32,000 nt of DNA from Methanopyrus kandleri AV19. Lineage in GTDB: Archaea; JAADCQ01; Methanopyri; Methanopyrales; Methanopyraceae. A program made the translations under genes and the position numbers. The stretch spans positions 60,001 through 92,000 of the forward strand of contig NC_003551.1 of assembly GCF_000007185.1 (NCBI RefSeq), in the 5' to 3' direction. Below, one piece after another: positions 25,926-32,000 of the stretch. The stretch's first letter is position 1. Each line of letters starts with the position of its first letter. The notes under the pieces were generated by a model. That model worked only from the letters and a program-made list of their open reading frames with translations, ran no database searches and was not told where the DNA came from.

Positions 25926-25939
25926 GCATGGTCCGTGCA
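25926..25939. repeat. Direct repeat copy 2: GCATGGTCCGTGCA
   Basis: See copy 1. Read directly from the sequence. Confidence 0.7.
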
Positions 25940-26022
25940 AGTGTAACGTATTATCGTCGAAGAATCGTAATATTATTTACGTACAATTTTTCGACAATCA
26001 TACACAGACCGTAATATCCAAC

Positions 26023-26059
26023 ATCGAGTTAACGCCCGCGGGAAGTTCAAAAACTCGAT
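26023..26059 (-). terminator. Inverted repeat ATCGAGTT(21 nt)AACTCGAT with a T5 run on the minus strand; candidate terminator of the phosphodiesterase gene
   Basis: 8-bp perfect arms at 26023-26030 and 26052-26059. The loop contains palindrome CCCGCGGG (26035-26042). The minus-strand TTTTT (26049-26053) begins 46 nt after the stop at 26099. Confidence 0.3.
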
Positions 26060-26098
26060 TTATTTGCGGAAAAGACAGTTCGGAGCGTGGGCGGGGAG

Positions 26099-26650
26099 TC
26101 AGAGCTCCGTTTCGAACTCCTCAGTCTCCAACCGATCACCCTTGAGCATGTACAGCTTCATCCACACCTCTTTACCGTCGATGGTGCCGTACATGAACGA
26201 CGGACCCGGGCTAGGACCTCCACCCGACGGTACGCCGGTAAGGCTCCCCGGGTTTACGATCAGCACACCTCGGTGCTCCTTGAACTCCGGCCTGTGGGTG
26301 TGACCCGTGAAGATAACGTCGGCCCCCTCTTCCTCGGCTATCGCCGCGAGCTGGTCCGGGTCGCCCCTCGGATGGACCCCGCTGCCGTGATCTACCGTCA
26401 CCTTGACTTCTCCGATATCTTCGGTCACCCTGGGAGGTAGCGGGAGCCCGAAGTCGCAGTTCCCCACCACCATCAGGGCTTTTTCACCGAGTGACGCTAT
26501 CCACTCTATGGTGTCCTCGGTCGTATAGTCCCCGGGTGAAATCACCACGTCCACGGGAGCGAGCTCCTCGATCTTTCGCTTCAGAGTGTGTGGAACTTCC
26601 TGCGCACGCTCGGGAATGTGAGCGTCCCCGAGCACCAGTACCGTGATCAT
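26099..26650 (-). CDS. YfcE/MJ0936-family metallophosphoesterase (phosphodiesterase)
   Basis: 183 aa. VLGDAHIP, SPGDY, VGNCD, VDHGSG and FTGHTHRP metallophosphatase motifs in canonical order. Confidence 0.85.
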   Translation of the reverse strand: MITVLVLGDAHIPERAQEVPHTLKRKIEELAPVDVVISPGDYTTEDTIEWIASLGEKALMVVGNCDFGLPLPPRVTEDIGEVKVTVDHGSGVHPRGDPDQLAAIAEEEGADVIFTGHTHRPEFKEHRGVLIVNPGSLTGVPSGGGPSPGPSFMYGTIDGKEVWMKLYMLKGDRLETEEFETEL

Positions 26651-26681
26651 CGCTAGCCCCCTATCCGCGTATCATCGGAGA

Positions 26682-27470
26682 TCACTCTTCAACCTGATCG
26701 GGGGCCGGGTCGAGGGAGACGTACCCTTGGGAAGCACAGGCGCGGATGAGGCGCTCCCCTTCGCTTTCATCGAAGAACGGGGGCGCCCAATCCCGCGTCA
26801 CCCGACGGCGTTGGACACCGTCCTCGTTCACGGCCACCCGGTAGGCGAGTATCCCTCGACGTTGCCAGGCCGGGGTTCGTCCGAGGTTGATCCCGAACTC
26901 TCGGTAGAGCAGCTCGTGCACATCGTGCGCCTTCATTCCACGGAGCCGCTCGGCGGCTTCCTTGGGTTTCAGTCCTCGCTCACGCAGCGCCCAGTACGCA
27001 TAGGAGTTCAGGTGATTCCGCCAGGCCTCGTCCTGACGCCACTTGAAGTAGTCCACCAGGTCGTCGTCCGTGAGCACCACGCACCTGGAGTCGAAGGACA
27101 CCGTCTCGCCGGTCGGATCTATCCCGTGGCGCTGTAAGGCCCGGAAGAAGTACGTGGAGGCGCAGGACGCCGATACGGACGTCAACTTTTCGACCCGACC
27201 GGAGAAGGGGACGTTGCCCCGGGGTATGAGCGCGTTAAGCTCGTCGGAGAACGTATAGACGAGTGTGATCCCCAGACCCGCGTCTCGAATCATTCGGACC
27301 GCCGTCTCGGCCATAGCTTCTGCGAACCGTCGGTCGTAGGGCTTCTTGAGGCCTAACCGGCGGGTGAGTTTGGTGAACGCCCTTCCGTCGATCCGCAGAA
27401 CCAGGTGTGTGTTGGGGGGTACCCTAAGGTCCGCGTATACCTCGAGATCACAGGGTTCCACGGGCTTCAA
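26682..27470 (-). CDS. tRNA(His) guanylyltransferase Thg1-like protein (3'-5' nucleotidyl polymerase, TLP)
   Basis: LVLRIDGRAFTKL, KPYDRRF, YTFSDELNALI, FDSRCVVL and YFKWRQDEAWRNHLN match the Thg1 family. 262 aa. 4-nt overlap with nadX. Confidence 0.85.
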   Translation of the reverse strand: MKPVEPCDLEVYADLRVPPNTHLVLRIDGRAFTKLTRRLGLKKPYDRRFAEAMAETAVRMIRDAGLGITLVYTFSDELNALIPRGNVPFSGRVEKLTSVSASCASTYFFRALQRHGIDPTGETVSFDSRCVVLTDDDLVDYFKWRQDEAWRNHLNSYAYWALRERGLKPKEAAERLRGMKAHDVHELLYREFGINLGRTPAWQRRGILAYRVAVNEDGVQRRRVTRDWAPPFFDESEGERLIRACASQGYVSLDPAPDQVEE

Positions 27471-28255
27471 GTGCCCACTCGAATCCCCTCGGTCATCCGC
27501 TCGATCAAAGCCACGGCGGAGTACGCGGCGACGGCGCTCGTCTTTGGGTTATCCGGGAGCGCTTCGTTCCTCAGCTCGAACCGGTACGTACCTGCGCTCG
27601 ACTCAACCTCGATGACGTGCGTGTTGACTGAGACCTCGGGGTCGCAGACGATCCGAACTGTGACCAGTGAGGGGTCGCCTACGGCCAGCGACACGGCGGC
27701 CGCCACGTTGATGTTCTTGGGGAACTTGCGGACGGCATCCCGCACGGAACCTTCGTAGAGTACTGTCCGCTCGGAAACGTCCTTGTTCAGGGCTTTCGGA
27801 GGCTTGATGGTGGTGAGAGTGACCTCTCTCACCCGACCTCGCAGCGCTCGCAGCACGTCTAGACCTCCTACCGCACCGGACGGAACGTGAAGGCGATGTC
27901 CGGTGACTTCCGCGACCTCGCGACATCGACTCAGCAGGCCCTCCTCAAGCACCAGCGCTCCCACGCTCATCACGATCACATCGAACCTCTTCAGCGCGTC
28001 AGGTAAGAGGCTAGCCGCCGCTTCCACGGAGGCGGCCTCGAGCAGCACGTCGGCTTCGGCGCTCATGGCGTCATCTAGGTCGGTAGAGGTATCGCAGTCG
28101 GGGAACCACCGCTCGATGCGTTTGAGCTTCTCCGGGTGACGATCACAGACCAGAACCGGTTCCACCTTACCTTCGAGCCGTCCTTCACGGATCTCCCTCA
28201 ACACCGTCGTTCCGATGCCTCCAGCGCCTACGAGCGCTAAACTCAGCTTCTTCAT
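27467..28255 (-). CDS. nadX: L-aspartate dehydrogenase
   Basis: LVGAGGIGT Rossmann start. PSGAVGGLDVL, IKPPKAL, LYEGSV, FPKNINVAAAV and PDNPKTSAVAAYS closely parallel Thermotoga TM1643 (from memory). Confidence 0.88.
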   Translation of the reverse strand: MKKLSLALVGAGGIGTTVLREIREGRLEGKVEPVLVCDRHPEKLKRIERWFPDCDTSTDLDDAMSAEADVLLEAASVEAAASLLPDALKRFDVIVMSVGALVLEEGLLSRCREVAEVTGHRLHVPSGAVGGLDVLRALRGRVREVTLTTIKPPKALNKDVSERTVLYEGSVRDAVRKFPKNINVAAAVSLAVGDPSLVTVRIVCDPEVSVNTHVIEVESSAGTYRFELRNEALPDNPKTSAVAAYSAVALIERMTEGIRVGT

Positions 28256-28823
28256 AGTCGACGATACCCTCCTTCAGGTACTCGACCAGACCCTCCGGAA
28301 GCATCGGCTTTCCCTCGGAGGGGTAGTCGCAATCCAATCGCACCGTATGACCCGGTGCGACCTCGATCTCGGGCCTCTCCACCACTTGTATCTCCTCCAA
28401 CGGAACTCCACACTCGAGTACCGTGAGAGCCACTCTAAGGGCGCCGTCGATGCTGAAATGGTAAGGTCCTAAATGTCGAACCTCGGCGTCGGGGAACCGC
28501 GGTGTAAGCTCCTCCCGAGTACGATGTCGACGGGGGTAGTCGCCGAGGATACCTCCGACGATCACCACGTCGGGATCGTCCTCGGGAGTCAGAGGATCCT
28601 CGGCGTCCGGGTCGAGGACTATCACACGGTCGCCTCGAAGGGGGAGCTTGGACGCGGAGTACGGCAGTGCCGGATACTTGGCCTTCGCCAGCACCTCAGG
28701 GTCCGCGTTCGTGACCGTGAACTCCCACCCGTGCTTCCTCGCGGTCCGGTAGGCCTCCATGTACTCGAGGTCGAGCCAGGGAGACCACCGGTCGAGATGT
28801 TCCACTATCGCCACGGACATCAC
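28185..28823 (-). CDS. SPOUT-family SAM-dependent methyltransferase, Sfm1/DUF431-like
   Basis: IVEHLDRWSPWLDLEY, VIVLDPDAEDPLTPED, VIVGGILGDYPRRHRTREL and GKPMLPEGLVEYLKEG parallel yeast Sfm1 (IIEHMEE..W..LEY, LLDP..L.PED, VFGGILGDHPPRDRT, GKPILPEGML), from memory. The 3' end overlaps nadX by 71 nt. Confidence 0.75.
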   Translation of the reverse strand: MMSVAIVEHLDRWSPWLDLEYMEAYRTARKHGWEFTVTNADPEVLAKAKYPALPYSASKLPLRGDRVIVLDPDAEDPLTPEDDPDVVIVGGILGDYPRRHRTREELTPRFPDAEVRHLGPYHFSIDGALRVALTVLECGVPLEEIQVVERPEIEVAPGHTVRLDCDYPSEGKPMLPEGLVEYLKEGIVDYEEAEFSARRRWRHRNDGVEGDP

Positions 28824-28831
28824 GCGACACC

Positions 28832-29236
28832 TCAGATCTCCAGATCTGAAGGTTTAGCCGGTGAGCTCTCCTGCTTCTTCCTTTTCCCTTCCTCCCCGGA
28901 AGACGCCTTCTCCGGAGATTCGATGATAATTATGTCCCCGACGGCCTTCACCAGCTCCGCATCGACGGTCTCCGTGCGCCTACCTCCCCCACCGGGAAGC
29001 GGTAACAGACCGCCGCCAGAGGGTTGCTCAGTGACGATCACCAAGAACCGGACGAGATCGCCCGTCCTGGGGTCAAAAGTCACGTCTTCGACGGTACCGA
29101 CCCGACGGCCGTCTTCGGTAAAGACCTCCATTCCGAGAAGCCGTTGGAACCTCACGTACCTCTTCCTGTATTCCTCCTCGTTGCTACTCTCACCGTTCGT
29201 CACGGGGGATCCCCCGTGGAGGTCGTGGGGATTCAT
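28832..29236 (-). CDS. PRC-barrel domain protein with Lys/Glu/Ser-rich tail
   Basis: LLGMEVFTEDGRRVGTVEDVTFDPRTGDLVRFLVIV is a PRC-barrel core. Start is uncertain: ORF to 29326, ATG 29236, or GTG 29155 preceded by GGAAGAGG. Confidence 0.65.
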   Translation of the reverse strand: MNPHDLHGGSPVTNGESSNEEEYRKRYVRFQRLLGMEVFTEDGRRVGTVEDVTFDPRTGDLVRFLVIVTEQPSGGGLLPLPGGGGRRTETVDAELVKAVGDIIIIESPEKASSGEEGKRKKQESSPAKPSDLEI

Positions 29237-30763
29237 CACGGGCACGACGCGGGTGCCGCCCTGATCCGAGACGGGGAGATTGTAGCGGCAGCCAATGAAG
29301 AGCGGTTCTCCCGTAAAAAGTTCCACCGTGGGTTTCCGGAGCGATCGCTCCAGTTCGTCCTCGAGCGTAGTAATGACGTCGACGTCCTCGCGGTGGCCGG
29401 ACTGTACCGGAAACGCAAGGATTTGGAGCGAGTACGGGACATCGCCGAAGAGCTGGAGGTGCCCGTATACCTAGTCGAGCACCACGCCGCACACGCGGCC
29501 TCGGCTTATTATACCTCAGGGTTTAACCGGTGCCTGACGATCACGGTCGACGCGGCCGGTGACGGACTCTCCGCCACGGTTTGGGTCTGCGAGCGCGGAG
29601 AGATGCACCGGGTCTCGACGGAGTCATACTACGACTCCTTAGGCGATTTCTACGCGAACGTGACCGAACTACTGGGATTCGAGCCGATGAAGGATGAGGG
29701 TAAGGTCATGTGCCTCGCCGCCTACGCCGAACCGGATCTGAGATCCGTCGAGTGGATCAGACGCGAAGTCATCGACGTCGAGGAAGGGAACATCGTCAAC
29801 CGCCTCGGCGCGATCTCGGGAGAGGCCGTACGCCGCCTCAAAAGGTCGAAGCTCGCTAAAATGGGGCGAGAACGTGCCGCCGCCGTGGCTCAAGAGGCGT
29901 TGGAGGAGTTACTGCTGGAATACTTCGGGCACTACGTGAACGAGTACGGAGAGAACCGCATAGCCTACGCGGGCGGGGTGGCCGCGAACGTCGTGGCCAA
30001 CATGAGGCTGCGAGAGGAGCTCAATATTGACCTCTTCGTGCACCCGAACATGGGTGACGGCGGTCTCGCGGTCGGAGCGGCGCTGTGGGCGTGGGCGGAG
30101 GAGGAGCTCGCCCGTGGGCGGAGACCCGAACCGCGACGTTTGGAGGACGTGTACTTCGGACCTGAATACGATAGGGAAGAAGTGCGTAAGGCGCTGGAAG
30201 AGCATGACATGACGGACCGGGCGGAGTACGTGGGGAAAGACCCCGACGCCATCGTCCGCAAGCTGCTGGAGGGCAAGACCGTAGCATTGTTCCACAGCCG
30301 TATGGAGTACGGCCCCAGGGCGCTCGGAGCCAGGAGTATTCTCGCCGACCCGCGAGATCGGGGCGTGGTGGATAAGCTCAACCGTGATCTGGGTCGGGAC
30401 CCGTTTCAGCCCTTCGCGCCGACGATCCTGTCCGAGGACGCCCCGGAGTACCTCCGGAGGCCCTGTGAGTCACCGTTCATGACCCTAGCCTTCCGCGCCA
30501 CGGATACGTTCCGCAGGAAGGCTCCGGCGGTGGTTCACGTCGACGGGACCACACGTCCACAGACCCTCCGGGACGAGCTGCCGTTCTACCGAGAGGTGAT
30601 CGAGACGTTCCGAGAGGAGACCGGGTTAGGAGCCGTCCTGAATACCAGCTTCAATCCCCATGGTGAGCCCATCGTGTGCTCACCGAGAGACGCACTCGAG
30701 GCGTTCGAGCACGGTGTTGCGGACGTCCTGTGGATCGAAGGCTACATGATCGAGCGGGGGTGA
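29216..30763 (+). CDS. NodU/CmcH-family carbamoyltransferase
   Basis: VVGIHHGHDAGAALIRDGEIVAAANEERFSRKK N-terminus, HHAAHAASAYYTSGF, GGVAANV and the C-terminal HVDGTTRPQT / NTSFNPHGEPIV motifs. The listed ORF start (29024) is antisense to the PRC gene. GTG 29216 gives the family-typical N-terminus. Confidence 0.85.
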   Translation: MEVVGIHHGHDAGAALIRDGEIVAAANEERFSRKKFHRGFPERSLQFVLERSNDVDVLAVAGLYRKRKDLERVRDIAEELEVPVYLVEHHAAHAASAYYTSGFNRCLTITVDAAGDGLSATVWVCERGEMHRVSTESYYDSLGDFYANVTELLGFEPMKDEGKVMCLAAYAEPDLRSVEWIRREVIDVEEGNIVNRLGAISGEAVRRLKRSKLAKMGRERAAAVAQEALEELLLEYFGHYVNEYGENRIAYAGGVAANVVANMRLREELNIDLFVHPNMGDGGLAVGAALWAWAEEELARGRRPEPRRLEDVYFGPEYDREEVRKALEEHDMTDRAEYVGKDPDAIVRKLLEGKTVALFHSRMEYGPRALGARSILADPRDRGVVDKLNRDLGRDPFQPFAPTILSEDAPEYLRRPCESPFMTLAFRATDTFRRKAPAVVHVDGTTRPQTLRDELPFYREVIETFREETGLGAVLNTSFNPHGEPIVCSPRDALEAFEHGVADVLWIEGYMIERG

Positions 30764-30767
30764 GCTC

Positions 30768-31475
30768 GTGCCGCGGCCGAAGGTCCTGTACAACGTTGGG
30801 ATGACGGCGGACGGGAAGGTCGTGACCGCCGCCGGAGATTCCAGGATCTCGGGCGAAGAGGATCTCAAAGAGGTCCACAGGTTGAGAGCAGAACACGACG
30901 CGGTGGCCGTGGGGATCAACACGGTGCGGAAGGACGACCCCATGCTGAACGTGCGGTTGGTGGAGGGAGAAGACCCCATCCGAGTCGTGTTCGACACCGA
31001 GTGCTCCATTCCGCTCGACTGTCGCCTAGTTCGCACCGCTCGGGATATCCCCACGGTCGTGCTCTGTGCCGAGGCCGACCCGGGTCGCGTCGAGAAGCTC
31101 GAGAAAAGAGGTGTGAAGGTGGAGGAAGTCGGTGCCTGTGAGGACGGCGTCGATGTGGAGCGTGGGCTGGAGCTGCTCTACGATATGGGAGTACGAACCT
31201 TGCTACTCGAAGGTGGGCCAACGCTGGCCTGGTCCTTCTTGAAGCGCGGCCTGATCGACGAGTTCCGTGTGGCCGTGGCTCCCGTGCTCGTGGGCGGGTC
31301 CGACGCGTTGACGCCCGTAGAGGGTGAGGGGTTCCCGCGTGTCGATCTCGGAGTGGGCCTGGAATTAAAACGGGTGGAGCGAGTGGGGCGCGACGTGGTG
31401 CTCTGGTACGAGGTTTCCGGATCCGCCGCCGACCTGGCCTCCGAACACGAAGAGGCTCGGGGGAGATCGTCATGA
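30768..31475 (+). CDS. arfC: 2,5-diamino-6-ribosylamino-4(3H)-pyrimidinone 5'-phosphate reductase (RibD C-terminal type; riboflavin/F420 precursor pathway)
   Basis: NVGMTADGKV, DSRISGEEDLKEVHRLRAEHDAVAVGINTVRKDDPMLNVR and LLLEGGPTLAWSFLKRGLIDEF parallel MJ0671 (from memory). Confidence 0.88.
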   Translation: MPRPKVLYNVGMTADGKVVTAAGDSRISGEEDLKEVHRLRAEHDAVAVGINTVRKDDPMLNVRLVEGEDPIRVVFDTECSIPLDCRLVRTARDIPTVVLCAEADPGRVEKLEKRGVKVEEVGACEDGVDVERGLELLYDMGVRTLLLEGGPTLAWSFLKRGLIDEFRVAVAPVLVGGSDALTPVEGEGFPRVDLGVGLELKRVERVGRDVVLWYEVSGSAADLASEHEEARGRSS

Positions 31476-31828
31476 AGTGTCCGGAGTGCGGGACCGAGAT
31501 GCGATCGGAGCTCCGGGACGATGGGGTGGAACTCCTCAGGTGTCCCGAGTGCGGCAAGGAGATCAAGCGCGTCCCGTCGTACCGGGAGTTCGGTCTGAAG
31601 TGCCCGAACTTCTTCGAGATGACGGTACCGGAGTGGGACGAAGAAGTGCTCGGGAAGGAGGTTGTGGTGGTCGTCAAGTACCGTTCTCCGGACGGTTACC
31701 GCCGCCGCAAGATCCGGGGTAAGGCGGTGCGGATCGACAACCGAGGCAACCTCGTGATCCGTCGAGAGGACGGTTTCGAGGTCTCGTTGTACCCCCAAGT
31801 AGTCGAGAACATCAAAGTACTGGAGTGA
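31472..31828 (+). CDS. Zinc-ribbon protein with beta-rich C-terminal domain
   Basis: CPECG..(17)..CPECG four-Cys ribbon at the N-terminus. ATGA overlap with the arfC stop. 118 aa. C-terminal domain not recognised. Confidence 0.6.
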   Translation: MKCPECGTEMRSELRDDGVELLRCPECGKEIKRVPSYREFGLKCPNFFEMTVPEWDEEVLGKEVVVVVKYRSPDGYRRRKIRGKAVRIDNRGNLVIRREDGFEVSLYPQVVENIKVLE

Positions 31829-32000
31829 GTCGGCTCCCGCCGGTCCGGTCATCGGCCGTAACGGCCTCCCAGATCCCCACCGGAGATCCCATCCTCATCC
31901 CACCGGAGGGCACATGGTGCGCCACAGGTATTAAACGGATCTCGAGCCGACGGGCGGCCGAGGGTTCGACGGGGGTGAGCCGGTGCGAGCGGCGGTCACA

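Larger units (their letters stand above)
25801..26080. other. AT-rich island in a convergent intergenic spacer
   Basis: Hand count gives 103 G+C in 280 nt (about 37%). The adjacent 25681-25740 has 37 in 60 (about 62%). It lies between the 3' ends of ABCE1 (+) and a phosphodiesterase gene (-). Confidence 0.85.

Noticed and set aside
25790-26098. C/D-box sRNA or other small RNA gene in the spacer
   Set aside because: I found no RUGAUGA/CUGA box pair on either strand. An AT-rich sequence is also unlikely to form a stable structured RNA in a hyperthermophile.
29024-29215. Upstream part of the carbamoyltransferase ORF
   Set aside because: It is antisense to the PRC-barrel core, and the family N-terminus starts at 29216.
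30916-31852. 253-aa and 224-aa minus-strand ORFs
   Set aside because: They are antisense to arfC and the Zn-ribbon gene, and their Arg/Pro-rich products look non-coding.
1-32000. CRISPR arrays, IS/transposase genes, integrases, tRNA/rRNA genes
   Set aside because: I saw no regularly spaced repeats, transposase or integrase motifs, or tRNA-like cloverleaf candidates in the few intergenic gaps. Apart from 25702-26098 and the right edge, all gaps are under 60 nt.

Overview
High-GC (about 60% by hand counts), very gene-dense archaeal chromosome segment. The gene content points to a hyperthermophilic methanogen, most likely Methanopyrus kandleri. That attribution is recalled from memory and was not searched. 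The supporting genes are PurO-type IMP cyclohydrolase, four-subunit pyruvate:ferredoxin oxidoreductase, two-subunit class I fumarase, ABCE1, a Thg1-like protein, a Clp1-like kinase and a methanogen-type ASKHA protein, together with strongly acidic proteins. I call about 38 protein genes in tight operons with many 4-nt start/stop overlaps. I found no rRNA, tRNA, CRISPR array or IS element. Recognisable housekeeping genes are nadA, nadX, pheA, porCDAB plus a PorE-like polyferredoxin, fumA/fumB, purO, arfC, ABCE1, an NFACT/Rqc2 homologue, an SF1 Upf1-like helicase and a NodU-type carbamoyltransferase. Six things deserve a second look. (1) An ExbB/ExbD-like proton-channel pair is fused into an operon with a CPxC polytopic membrane protein and a secreted coiled-coil protein (717-3566), in an organism type without an outer membrane. 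(2) An LpxC-fold protein keeps the whole catalytic constellation and is TTGA-coupled to a membrane protein and a Clp1-type kinase (10049-13088). (3) A roughly 280-bp AT-rich island (about 37% G+C) with repeats sits between two convergent genes (25.8-26.08 kb). (4) A ribosome-rescue neighbourhood contains a 4xCBS protein with an HPF/S30AE-like C-terminal domain next to NFACT and ABCE1. (5) The conserved N-terminus of pheA lies upstream of any canonical start codon. (6) Several unusually long gene overlaps. All family assignments are by-eye motif recognition and no database search was possible.
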